Shown here: positions 13,896 to 25,404 of the stretch, piece after piece
How the letters are laid out: every line of letters begins with the position of its first letter
Position numbering within the stretch: position 1 is the first letter of the stretch
Source of the DNA: Octopus sinensis
Lineage: Eukaryota
Reading direction: 5' to 3'
NCBI RefSeq assembly: GCF_006345805.1
Contig: NC_043006.1
Location: 3,286,001-3,350,000, forward strand
DNA length: 64,000 nucleotides
Position numbers and translations under genes: made by a program
The notes under the pieces: model-generated
Told to the model about the DNA's origin: nothing
The model's database searches: none
The model's input: only the letters and a program-made list of their open reading frames with translations

Positions 13896-14821
13896 ATATA
13901 TATCGATAGGTGAACGAATTATCCTATGTTTACCGTCAACATGGAAAATTCGATGAACCGATACCAGGATAGCAAATTGCCGTCAGAGACACGGTTGAAG
14001 CGACCTGACCAAGGGTAGAAACTCCGGGTTCATGTGCAGAAATTTGTGTGTTATATATGAATAAGTAAATGAATGGAGTTGAACGAAGATGTTAACAAAA
14101 TTCCTTTACTCTCGACATATGTTTCGAAGACAACATGGTTTCATTCCAAAGGAATAAACGGTGCAAGATGCAATCTTCTCAGGAAAGAAAGGGAGCTTCT
14201 CTCAACAACAAGACAAACAAAAATTGCGATGACTGCCTACATGGTAAACAAAACGATAATAAGTGTTTAAAAACCCGTTATTAGAATTGACGTCAAAGTC
14301 AGATAGTAGGAAGAGAAGGGTTAAAGGAATAATAGGTAGGGAACAAGTGGAGAGGGAAGGGTACGTTGATTAAAAGAATGTTCAAAGGCTTAGGAAAGAA
14401 TTCTCTATTGAAGTGGAGTGCACGTTAAGCTAATTGTTCAAACCACAGTGACTATCGGAATCATTTATATGAGTAGAAAGTATGTTTCTGCCAGTGTTTA
14501 CATTTGTACGATTTTTCTATGAGTGTGTTTACAAGGGGAACCTTAGAGAAGAGAATATGGAAGAGTTCAGAGTTGCAAATGTTACAAAATCTCCTGCCCT
14601 TATCAGAAGGAAAGGATACAGACAGTATGAACCAATCTAACTTAAAATCTATATTATTGTCTTTAAGACGCGAAACTAATTTACTTAGCCCTGTACTATG
14701 TCGTTTTTTACTATCCCTAAATGTTGAATAATAGTTTGAAATTCTCTCGGATAACTGGGAAGTGGACGCACCTATATAGAAGACATCGGTACCGGAAGAA
14801 ATTCTACACTATTTACTAGTG

Positions 14822-14855
<34 letters not shown>

Positions 14856-14911
14856 TGAGAGAGAGATTATATGAGTACGTGTATGTATACGTATGCGTGA
14901 CTGTATGCGTA

Positions 14912-14949
<38 letters not shown>

Positions 14950-15450
14950 TGTGTGTTTGTGTGTGTGCGTGTGTAAGCAGAAAAGAGAGTAAGAGAAGAT
15001 ATGGATGCAAGTGAGATAGTGACACAGGGAAGTATGACTCGGAAAAATGAGAAGAATGCTTGTGTATGTGTGCGTGAGTATGAGAGAAAGTGATTCGTGC
15101 GTAGATGAGAGAAAACGTGAAAGGGGAAGAACAAGATAGAATAGAAAGAAGAGATGAATGTGTGCACTTGTGTGAGTGTATGTAAGTATGAGATTACATG
15201 AGCGGGAGAAATGACATTACGTAATTCAGAACAAAACTTTCGTCAATGACTGACTCTGATTGGTGTCTCTTGTAATCAACCTGGACGTTGCTGCTTTACT
15301 GAAGCTATCATATGGTCACCTTGTATCTAAGGAATGAGAAATATATAGTTATGAGCGCCAGCGGTTAGACGTCACTCTAAAATGAATTAAAGTGATACTG
15401 TGTCAATCTCTCAAGTCTCGAGGAATGACCTGTCAAGAGTATGAGTACAA

Positions 15451-15692
15451 CCGGTGGCTCTCAACCGGGGTCCGTATGGCCCCTGGGGATTCCTACAAGA
15501 TTTTGCTGTTAAAATTTATGTGCAATAAATTGCTTATACTTCAGTAATACACAAAATATTAAAACTTTTTGAATGCATCTACTAACAATATTTAATTATA
15601 AAAATACAGTAGGATGTTTGATGTATTTTTTTATATGCATTGAATGGCTAAGGAGGTCAAGTACAGCAAAATAGGAAACAAAGATGTCCCAT
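15451..15692 (+). mobile_element. hAT (Charlie-like) MITE, right end lost at the LINE junction
   Basis: Left terminus C(C)GGTGGCTCTCAACCGGGG resembles CAGTGGTTCTCAACC hAT TIRs; GGGGTCC...CCCCTGGGG subterminal motifs. Confidence 0.55.
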
Positions 15693-15745
15693 ATATAAAA
15701 ACAAGGCCATGTAGGGGGACAGAGAGTTATGTACAGGGAGGGTGG

Positions 15746-18619
15746 TCATACAAAGAGTTCAGGCCATTTCTGGTCAAGAGAGACTTTGAACCGAGCGGTC
15801 GTCGGCATCTTCACTATCTCGTCTGGCAGCTTATTCCACGGATCCGCAACCCGGACGGAGAAAGCCACTCTCCTTCGATTGAGATGAAATCGTCGTAGAT
15901 AGAGCTTTTCGGAGTGACCCCGCAGCCGACGCTCTGGAGTAGGAGTGAAGAACAGCTCTTTCGAGAGGTTACACTTTCCGCTTATGATGTTGTGAGCGAG
16001 AATGAGATCACCACGGCGTCGTTGTTTTTCTAGAGAATAAAGGTCGAGCGTCTTCAGCCTTTCTTCATAAGACAAATGCTTGAGACCAAGAACCATGCGG
16101 GTATCCAGCTTCTGGACTCTTTCGAGATGATGTATGTCTTTGAGGAGATAAGGAGAAGAGGCTTGAATCCCGTACTCCAATATGGGTCTCACCAGCGTGA
16201 CATAGAGCGGTAGGAATATGGCTGCTGTGAGCATTCCGAATGACCGTCGAATCAAAAACAGAACTCCGCGTGCTTTGTTGGCAGCATGGACGCACTGGGC
16301 CGAAGGCGAAAAGGAAGAATCCACCAAGATACCCAGGTCCTTTACCTGGTCGGTTCTCTCCACCAGCAGACAACCCGGCTCGAAATCAAGTTGAGTTGCA
16401 GGAGAGGAGCCAACAGGCAGATGACAGCACTTTGACACGTTCAGACACAGGTCCCATTCGTCTGACCATCTCCAAACTTGGTGGAGGCATCGACGAAGAT
16501 CATCTATACCACTGCGCGGAGCGACCAGTTTGACATCGTCGGCAAATAGAAGGGTGTGTTGCGTGAGGTCGTCGGGCAAGTCATTTATGAAGACTAAAAA
16601 CAATAACGGCTCAAACACTGAACCCTGAGGCACGCCACTGCTCGCACTGGAGACGTTGGACAGCGAACCATTAACTTGGACTTGGAAGGAGCGATCTGAG
16701 ATGAAAGCACCAACCCATCGTATAATATCCGGATGGAAACAATATGCTTGAAGCTTGACAAGTAATAGTCGGTGGTTAACCGTGTCAAAGGCTTTGGCAA
16801 AGTCCAATAAAACGATGTCAACAGCATCACCATCATCCAGGATACGCGTCATCAATTCTTCCATTACCAGTAAGTTGGTTAAGCATGATCTCTTCGGCAC
16901 GAAGCCGTGTTGGGAATCAGAGATAGAGGCTGTGCTTTGGAGGTGGAGCAACATACTTTTCTTGAGGATGGTTTCGAACATCTTGCTGATTATTGAAGTA
17001 AGGGAAACCGGTCGGTAGTTAAGCGGGTCTTCGCGGCTCCCTTTCTTGAAAATAGGGCAGATTATCACTGTTCTCCAGTCCGCAGGTACAACACCCGTCG
17101 CCAATGACATATTGTATAGAAGTGTTAAAGGTCCGCAGATGACCGGAGCCAACGCTTTGATAACCTGTGGGTGTATGCCGTCAGGGCCGTGACCCTTGTT
17201 GACATCGAGGCCTTGAATAACGCGTTCGACTTCGTCCCGAGTGATGACCAATCTAGGCATTGGAGGTACCGATATATCAAATGGAGAGGGCTCACCACCA
17301 TCAACTTGTTTGAAAATTGCCGTAAAAGCCTCGGCAAATAACTGACTCTGCTGATAAGGGTCCTCAATTGATACGCCTGTTGAGTCTACCAACGTTGCAA
17401 TTTGGTTGTTCAAGCGGGAATTCCGTTGGACATGGACAAAGAAGGTTTTTGGATTGCGACTGGCGTTTGCCGCGATTCTGCATTCATATCTGAAGCGTTC
17501 TTCCTTTTCAATTTTCACGGCTCGGTCTCGTTGAGTTTTGTACACCTCAAAAGCTGCAGTCGAATCTTGATTTTTGAATTCAGCCCAAGCAATATCTCTG
17601 AATCGAAGTTTTCGTTTAACCTTCTTCGTCACCCAGGGCTTGTGTTTCTTCTTCTTGGGAAGCCCAACGGGAACTGCTTGGTCAGTCAACCAGATTGCAT
17701 ATGCTTTGAGGGACGACCATAGATCGTCAACTGAGGACATCGTCATCAGGGATCGCCAGTCCAGAAGCGCAGAAGCCTCGGTTAGAATTTCAATAATGAT
17801 AGCAGAGAAGATTCTACGTGGCAGCGAAGTAGTCGTGGGTGTAGAAAAAGTTGTGTGCATGTCGAACTTAAAGACCGCGTGATCACTCTTGGCAAGAGGG
17901 GCGCACACAGATAAGCCCGACACTGATCTTGGATAGCGGGAGAAAACCAGATCCAGCATAGATGACTGCTGCCCAGACCGATGCCTTGTCGGAGATTCAA
18001 CATGTTGCGATAGAAAACAACCTTCAGCCACGTCAAGAAGGGCCTGGCCGAACCGGGAAGATGATCTACAAATTGATGCGGGCCAATCGATCGTGGGAGC
18101 GTTGAAGTCTCTTAATATCAAACATTCATGAGAAGATGAAACGAATCTTATCGCTTCGAGTAAATGAGCATTGTCCTGGTGGTCGGCAAGAGGCGGCCTG
18201 TAGACAGCTAACACGGGCAGGCAAAACCCGGATAGGCTCAGCTTGCAATAGACGGCATCGAATTTTGTTGTAGGTTGAGCATTAGTGGGTAGAATACAGC
18301 TGGACGGTTTGGGATCAGATTTGACATACACAGCAACACCTCCACCTCGCCTTTTTTCTCTGTCACATCTGAAGAGGACGTAGCCCTGTAGGTAGATTTC
18401 CGAGTCCTTTACTGCTGGAGTCAGCCAAGCCTCGGTGATAGCTATCACATCTGGGGAATCACGTATGGCCAGTGTAGATAATTCGCTGAACTTTGGAAAT
18501 AAGGAGCAGGAGTTGATATAGATGATGCTGAGCTGTGAAGTTTGAGGGGCGGAAATTAGGGAACAAGCAGAATAAGGGGTATCAGAGATAGCATCGTTGT
18601 CGGGGGTATCTACTTTACT
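15746..18619 (-). CDS. LINE ORF2: AP endonuclease + reverse transcriptase (CR1 group)
   Basis: Stop-free frame extends upstream of the 900-aa track ORF (LSIIYINSCSL...IAITEAWL); motifs RGGGVA, VYRPP, DFNAP, SDH, GPDGIH, NYRPVSLTS, QHGF, LDFAKAFD, GVPQGSV, FADD, KDLGI, VRPILEY, RRRGDL, WNKLP. Confidence 0.93.
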   Translation of the reverse strand, partial: SKVDTPDNDAISDTPYSACSLISAPQTSQLSIIYINSCSLFPKFSELSTLAIRDSPDVIAITEAWLTPAVKDSEIYLQGYVLFRCDREKRRGGGVAVYVKSDPKPSSCILPTNAQPTTKFDAVYCKLSLSGFCLPVLAVYRPPLADHQDNAHLLEAIRFVSSSHECLILRDFNAPTIDWPASICRSSSRFGQALLDVAEGCFLSQHVESPTRHRSGQQSSMLDLVFSRYPRSVSGLSVCAPLAKSDHAVFKFDMHTTFSTPTTTSLPRRIFSAIIIEILTEASALLDWRSLMTMSSVDDLWSSLKAYAIWLTDQAVPVGLPKKKKHKPWVTKKVKRKLRFRDIAWAEFKNQDSTAAFEVYKTQRDRAVKIEKEERFRYECRIAANASRNPKTFFVHVQRNSRLNNQIATLVDSTGVSIEDPYQQSQLFAEAFTAIFKQVDGGEPSPFDISVPPMPRLVITRDEVERVIQGLDVNKGHGPDGIHPQVIKALAPVICGPLTLLYNMSLATGVVPADWRTVIICPIFKKGSREDPLNYRPVSLTSIISKMFETILKKSMLLHLQSTASISDSQHGFVPKRSCLTNLLVMEELMTRILDDGDAVDIVLLDFAKAFDTVNHRLLLVKLQAYCFHPDIIRWVGAFISDRSFQVQVNGSLSNVSSASSGVPQGSVFEPLLFLVFINDLPDDLTQHTLLFADDVKLVAPRSGIDDLRRCLHQVWRWSDEWDLCLNVSKCCHLPVGSSPATQLDFEPGCLLVERTDQVKDLGILVDSSFSPSAQCVHAANKARGVLFLIRRSFGMLTAAIFLPLYVTLVRPILEYGIQASSPYLLKDIHHLERVQKLDTRMVLGLKHLSYEERLKTLDLYSLEKQRRRGDLILAHNIISGKCNLSKELFFTPTPERRLRGHSEKLYLRRFHLNRRRVAFSVRVADPWNKLPDEIVKMPTTARFKVSLDQKWPELFV

Positions 18620-18849
18620 TCAATTCGCCCTCGATTCACTTTCCCTGTCAGCACTACAGCATGCGACCAGAGGTAGGACTTGATTATTTGTCCATCTTGG
18701 ATGCGTAAACCCTTCTCTCCCATCTGCTTTCTCATCTTCAGCTCGGATGTGAGGTTCCTCCGACGAATTGTCTCTCTCAGTGAGTATTCCTCGCGAAAAC
18801 CCATATTGGGGTCCCCCCAGGCATGCTTCTGAGCTCTGTTCAGAAGCAT
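18610..18849 (-). pseudogene. C-terminal remnant of LINE ORF1
   Basis: IRRRNLTSELKMRKQMGEKGLRIQDGQII resembles the R..L..ELK.R...GE..L.I...I C-terminus of CR1-type ORF1; lies directly upstream of ORF2. Confidence 0.7.
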
Positions 18850-19282
18850 GCCTGTGTAATATGACTTCTTATAATGTCTTAAGCTTAGGGTATGGATATA
18901 CCTGACTAGATCAGCCCAGATAACAATTATTTATACTGTTGATCTCAGTATTTAACCAATATCCAACCCGAAAGGAGAACAAAAGCCATTTGAATCCAAT
19001 GCAGAAAGTTACACAAGTAAATATAACTATTTTGTCCGCTGCATTAACTGTGGCAATTCTTCCAAGGAATCACACATTAAAACAAAGGGGTAAATGTATA
19101 CATTCTTAAATAACACACACACACTCGCTTACACACACACAGACACACACACATACACACACACGCACACTCACCCCCACACACGTACGCACACATACAT
19201 ACACACGTACACATCATACACGCACAAAAACATACAAACGCATGTACAAATATAAGCGTATATATATATTTATATGCATATG

Positions 19283-19317
<35 letters not shown>

Positions 19318-19318
<1 letters not shown>

Positions 19319-19731
19319 TCTTTACTCTTTTACTCTTTTACTTGTTTCAGTCATTTGACTGCGGCCATGCTGGAGCACCGCCTTTAGTTGAGCAAATCGA
19401 CCCCGGGACCTATTCTTTGTAAGCCCAGTACTTATTCTATCGGTCTCTTTTGCCGAACTGCTAAGTGACGGGGACATAAACACACCAGCATCGGTTGCCA
19501 AGCAATGCTAGGGGGACAAACACAGACACACAAACACACACACACACACATATATATATATACATATATACGACAGGCTTCTTTCAGTTTCCGTCTATCA
19601 AATCCACTCACAAGGCATTGGTCGGCCCGGGGCTATAGCAGAAGACACTTGCCCAAGATGCCACGCAGTGGGACTGAACCCGGAACCATGTGGTTGGTTA
19701 GCAAGCTACTTACCACACAGCCACCTGCGCC
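19318..19731 (-). mobile_element. tRNA-derived SINE, family A (near-complete, young)
   Basis: Full head (GGCGCAGGTGGCTGTGTGGTAAGTAGCTTGC...GGTTCAGTCCC), internal microsatellite, tail ending in (GAGTAAAA)n. Confidence 0.92.
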
Positions 19732-19785
19732 TATATATACATATATATATATATATGTATATGCATATATATGTATAACATACAT

Positions 19786-19830
<45 letters not shown>

Positions 19831-19962
19831 ATATCTATATATATATATATATATATGCGTGTTTGTATATATATATATATGTGTGTGTGCGAGTGTGTGT
19901 GTATATATATATGCATATATGATATATACACATATATAATTACACGATTACAAATATATGAG

Positions 19963-20030
<68 letters not shown>

Positions 20031-20199
20031 GGAGGGAAACAGAATATGTATGCATACATATACATAGATACAGAAATATATGGGTGTCTATGTGCATAAC
20101 GTAAAAACCTATCGACCAATAAAACTTGTAAAACCCATCTACAAATTTTTCATGATTCTCGTAATTGCTTCTCGCATAACAAAGGACTTTTACTTCTGC

Positions 20200-20870
20200 T
20201 TTCCTTCTTCCTACCAAGTTGCCTACCAAAAATGTTGCAATGTAACAAATGTTTTCCTTACAACAAATTATAGAAAAACCAATGGAACTGAACAACCCAA
20301 TTCATATTGCTTTCATCGATTTACGAAGGCATTTGATTGTATGTAACTCGCGTCGATGTAGAAAGCCCTAGAAATTCGTCTTATACATAACTCATTATAC
20401 CAACCTCCATAAATCTGTGTGTAAAGTTTCACAATTTACAATGAAGACTGATGTTAGCGCAAATATATTTGTGGACATAAGGAAAGATGTTAAGCAAGGA
20501 GATAGTTTGGTGTTATCTTAAAAAGTATATTAGAAAATAGCATTAGGTTCCCTATAAGGACTCTGATAATCTCTAAGTTAGGTTTTGTAGATAATATTGC
20601 TGCTGCTAATGATAGCTCTGTTACTCTTCGCGATTTCACTAATCACTCAGCTACAAATAAAAGAGAAGCAGATACCAGAATTAATCTTGACAAGATTGGG
20701 TCGGTGACTACATGTCCTAAGAGGTAACCAAACCTAGGCTGAACAAACTAGAATTTGTTTATTTATGTTGGGCATAAACTATTAGCTTTAAACATAAATG
20801 AAGTTGCTGTCAACCACAGAATTGCAACGGCATAAGCAGCTTTTCGAGATGAAGATTACCTTTTGAAACA
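20200..20870 (+). mobile_element. Highly degraded LINE RT remnant (RTE-like)
   Basis: FHRFTKAFDC, K(D)VKQGDSL and FVDNI (FADDI-like) motifs in broken frames. Confidence 0.6.
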
Positions 20871-21024
20871 CTAATTGTAATTAATCGAATAGCAATTGAT
20901 ACTTGGTATGACTTTAAACTGCATCCACTGCATCCAGTATTGCGGTCCTCGTCCTGGATATCACTTTAAACCGCATCCAGCATTGAGGCCCTTGTTCTAG
21001 GTGATTATAAGTAAGTTCTCTGTC

Positions 21025-21105
21025 ATCAATTCACTGCAAGGAAATTTCACCACCATCAATTCACCGTGAAAAAGTTCACCGCAAAGAATATTTACCGAGA
21101 AACTG
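21025..21105. repeat. Degenerate ~15-bp tandem repeat (AATTCACCGC-like)
   Basis: AATTCACTGC, ATTTCACCAC, AATTCACCGT, AGTTCACCGC, ATTTACCGA at about 15-bp spacing; resembles subterminal arrays of DNA transposons. Confidence 0.6.
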
Positions 21106-21497
21106 TATTCAAAATATCTCACCATTAATAGTTAAAAAGCTATTTTACTGAAACCCCCCCATCCCAGAAAAAAATCGGTGATGTAAATTTTATTCAGGGT
21201 TTTGAGTTCTGTAGTAACACATCCACTAATGCTATCAAGGTCTATTCTGACGCGGAGTCCTAGCTGTGGGTTGATTTGTATGCTATAGAAATAAATAGAA
21301 GTACAAACCCTCATTGCTTTCTGAGTGCAGTGGGAAAGGAAAATGCTAAATGGTGTGGTTGAGCCTTGACAGCAAATCGATGAGTGGAGTCCCTCTGGAG
21401 ATATAGTGCCGTCTTTGACATCCTTCCAGCAACTCCAGGATAGGTAGAGTTTTTCACCACCACCACATATCCATCAAATACATACATTTTTACATTA

Positions 21498-21554
<57 letters not shown>

Positions 21555-21563
21555 ATATATATA

Positions 21564-22498
21564 TAGCAAATAGTAAAAAGTGAAAAAACTACAGAAGGCT
21601 TGTTTTAAAGGTTAAAAAATATATATTTGAGTCAATATGTCTGAAGAATATTATAAATTTTTTTCCTTACAATGACATAGTTAGAAGAAAGACCGGTTTC
21701 GCGTTTAGCTTTTCAAATTTCTTACGTCGTTATGTTTATGTTGAGCAGAGTTATCGTTATGTTTATGTTGAAAAGAGTTCTAAATAAAGGGAGGTAATGA
21801 GTGATTTCTTCCGGTGTAAGGGAGATAATCGCTTAAAATTTTTTGCCTTTCCCTTGGTGTGAATTTCTCTGTATCAGTATGTTGGAATGGTCAAGCCTGG
21901 GCTTGTACTTTTCAATGAAGAATATTTCCTTGTTTAGTCTAATTTGTGTTGATGATCCGATAGCACATTGGTAAAATGGAACGATTAAAAATTGTGGTAG
22001 TAGAAATGCGCAAAGCAACTACTACCACAATTTTTAATCTTTCCATTTTACCAATGTGCTATCGGATCATCAACACAAATTAGACTAAACAAGGAAACAT
22101 TCTTCATTGAAAAGTACAAGCCCAGACTTAACCATTCCAACATACTGATACAGAGAAATTCACACCAAGGGAAAGGCAAAAAATTTTAAGCGATTATCTC
22201 CCTTACACCGGAAGAAATCACTCATTACCTTCCCTTATTTAGAACTCTTTTCAACATAAACATAACGATAACTCTGCTCAACATAAACATAACGACGTAA
22301 GAAATTTGAAAAGCTAAACGCGAAACCGGTCTTTCTTCTAAACTATGTCATTGTAAGGAAAAAAAATTATAATATTCTTCAGACATATTGACTCAAATAT
22401 ATATTTTTTAACCTTTTAAAACAAGCCTTCTGTAGTTTTTTCACTTTTTACTATTTTCTATATATTCAACCACGTGCTTTCACAAACCAACTTTCTTA

Positions 22499-22500
<2 letters not shown>
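21564..22500 (+). mobile_element. Palindromic Penelope-like 3' end (inverted pseudo-LTR) in (TA)n
   Basis: Arms 21564-22003 and 22019-22460 are near-perfect inverted copies; right arm reads CAKQLLPQFLIFPFYQC...NKETFFIEKYKPRLN (GIY-YIG C-terminus); degenerate hammerhead GAAA-TTTGAAAA-GC.....GC-GAAACCGGTC-TTTC near 22301-22335. Confidence 0.85.
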
Positions 22501-22537
<37 letters not shown>

Positions 22538-22639
22538 TCGGGGTGAGTACTTGATAATTATAAGCACCTGTGTATACCGTTTGGTGGTGTAGGTGGTGGA
22601 GTAAATTGATCAAAATAAAAACATGATGCCAAGGATTCT

Positions 22640-22717
22640 GCGGTACATATGTTTCGGGCCTTTATTAGACAGATTTATAACAATGCATAATGTATGTCTG
22701 TGGCCTTCTTCAGCCGC
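22640..22717 (-). ncRNA. Inverted copy of the same hammerhead ribozyme
   Basis: Reverse complement of 22878-22955 in the left arm. Confidence 0.78.
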
Positions 22718-22877
22718 GCATAACAGCTTCCACAAGGACATGTGTTTCATCAAAATTTCTTGGTTGGGGGTGCAAATCCTCTCATTCGCGTACGACATAA
22801 TACGGCAACAGCATAGAGTTGAAGCGTCCATCTCTTTCTTCTCTCAATGATTCTACATTGAGAGAAGAAAGAGAGAC

Positions 22878-22955
22878 GCGGCTGAAGAAGGCCACAGACA
22901 TACATTATGCATTGTTATAAATCTGTCTAATAAAGGCCCGAAACATATGTACCGC
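22878..22955 (+). ncRNA. Type I hammerhead ribozyme (minimal stem III, long stem II)
   Basis: GCGG-CTGAAGA-A-GGCC...GGCC-C-GAAA-C-ATAT-G-TA-CCGC: stem I GCGG/CCGC, intact core, palindromic stem III, GUA cleavage triplet at 22949-22951. Confidence 0.8.
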
Positions 22956-23002
22956 TGAATCCTTGGCATCATGTTTTTATTTTGATCAATTTATATATAT
23001 AT

Positions 23003-23040
<38 letters not shown>

Positions 23041-23224
23041 CTCCTTTTTTTTCTCTCCTTTTTTTCTCCCCTTGTTTCTCTCCTTGTTTTTTTCTGTGTC
23101 CCTTTCTGTAGAAGAGCGTAGGATCGAAACGGAAATGACTTTTTCAATTCCCGAGCGTTATACTTATACATCTGTTTGTTTTGTACACCACCTGTCTTCG
23201 TCTTTTGTTTTTTTCATGAACTCT

Positions 23225-23228
<4 letters not shown>
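23041..23228 (+). mobile_element. Penelope-derived terminal fragment with variant hammerhead-like motif
   Basis: Same family as 43568-43750 and 59773-60330 (CTGTNGAAGAGCGTAGG.TCGAAACG); (TA)n flanks. Confidence 0.7.
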
Positions 23229-23299
<71 letters not shown>

Positions 23300-23486
23300 C
23301 AATATATCAATATATATATCAATCAATATATCAATATAAGGGTAACAGAAAAATTCAAGAAAATTTTTTGCAAATGTTTTTATTTTCTCCTCTAGTTTCA
23401 GAATTACTACTATTTTTGCGGTTTTGAGTTTAGCTGCTCTTTTCAAGTGAGTCGAACGACCTGTAAGGGTCTTTCCTTAATTTTGT

Positions 23487-23521
<35 letters not shown>

Positions 23522-24383
23522 CGCAAGTACACATTTATATTATATTATATCTTTCTGAAACAAAAATGTTATTGAAAGTGACTTTAAAGTTTTGAGCAGC
23601 TGAGTCATCTTACAAAAGTATAAAGTAACCCATCGGGTTAATGTAATATTGTTTTTATTGAAAGTGAACATGAATAAGGTGGCGAGCTGGCAGAACCGTT
23701 AGTACACCGGGCGAAATGCTTAGTGGCATTTCCTCAGTAAAACGATTCGCGTATCGAAGAGTCACGTTATCGTTGAATCTTCAGCGTTCTAGTCACTGTA
23801 ACCATCTTAGCCACCGTGGTCAAACCTGAAAGGCCGAAGAACAGGAATAGATTACGCAAACTGACTCTCACTTTAAAACCACTAAGCTCATGCAGGAAGA
23901 AAGATAAAACATGCAGCCTCACGGATCAGCTTACGTTGCCACTTGAAGGTGTGCCGCACTTTCTCACGATTTTCGGACACGAAGAAACTGCCGTCTTCAA
24001 TTACCACTAATTGAATATCAAGTAAGTCAATGTAAAACATATAACATTTACATTATCACTATATTTATGGATGGATTGGATTGTAACTTTGTTAAATCGT
24101 TCAATGACAGAGTTAAAAACTAAATCTACGAGAACTGGCACCGCTATACCTAAGTTGTTACCTGAGTTAATAGCAACTATCTGCAACTTTTTACCCCCTC
24201 TAAGTCTATGTGGAGTGTCTAGATTGCACACACATATATGCATAAATTCATACTCATATATAAACGTATACGTATCTTTGTTTCATTCTATCTATCTACA
24301 TTCATATATGTATACACACACACACTCACACACACATACACAGACATATATATACGTATCAATGTGTATATATATATATATAT

Positions 24384-24422
<39 letters not shown>

Positions 24423-24441
24423 TATATATATATCTAAATAT

Positions 24442-24483
<42 letters not shown>

Positions 24484-24487
24484 TATA

Positions 24488-24563
<76 letters not shown>

Positions 24564-24809
24564 TATATTATATATATATATATACATACACATACACACA
24601 TATACATATGTACATACACATATATATACCGTTCGATATAATTGAATTTTCAAAAAAAATCCCACTTGATAAAATTTGCTGCACGGTGTAATGAAGTACA
24701 TATAGACGCTTATGAATTAGTAATGTACTAGTACTCCAGTCACCTTGGTGTATACCAAAGCATCCGTGTGTGTGCGTGTGTGTGTGCGTGTGTGTGTGCG
24801 TGTGTGTGT

Positions 24810-24858
<49 letters not shown>

Positions 24859-25117
24859 TGTGTCTGATATAACATATACATAATTAATGCAGAATTAAGC
24901 CCCTGTTTGAAACATATTTCGATACATTGAATTGTTTACTGTTTGATGTATTAGTTACTTTACAGATATTAGTCAAATTGATAAATATTTGAAACTTTGT
25001 ACGTCCTCATGGGTCATGTGAACAAAAACCTAAGTCAGAAGTGTACTGCGACGTCGGTTCCTCGTCTTCTGTAAAAGCCGAAACAGCAATGGTTCAAAAT
25101 ATGCGTCTTGCCTTTAT

Positions 25118-25404
25118 ATTCTTTTACTCTTTTACTTGTTTCAGTCATGTGACTGTGGCCATGCTGAAGCAACGCTTTTAGTCGGGTAAATCGACCCCGC
25201 GACTTATTTTTTGTAAGCCTAGTACTTATTCTATCGGTCTGTTTTGCCGAACCGCTAAGTTATATGGGTATAAACACACCAGCATCAGTTGTCAAGCAAT
25301 GTTGGGGGGACAAAAACAGACACACAAACTTATACACATACGTACATATACATATATATATATATATTATATATATATATATATGGTTCGGAAGCAAGTT
25401 ACTT
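25118..25404 (-). mobile_element. SINE family A, 3' part (head resumes at 27314-27340)
   Basis: Family-A tail and microsatellite, then TGGTTCGGAAGCAAGTTACTT; the rest of the head, AAGCAAGCTATTTACCACACAGCCACT, follows the 1.9-kb insert. Confidence 0.82.

Larger units (their letters stand above)
15700..18850 (-). mobile_element. CR1-group LINE, 5'-truncated in ORF1, ORF2 uninterrupted
   Basis: GC-rich block with ORF1 remnant and a full APE+RT ORF; short 3' UTR. Confidence 0.93.
22535..22993. mobile_element. Non-coding inverted-repeat element carrying two hammerhead motifs, in (TA)n
   Basis: Arms 22602-22718 / 22877-22993; inner hairpin 22824-22880; (TA)n on both sides. Confidence 0.8.

Noticed and set aside
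16065-18036. Overlapping alternative-frame and antisense ORFs within the CR1 LINE
   Set aside because: Expected shadow ORFs of a GC-rich coding sequence.
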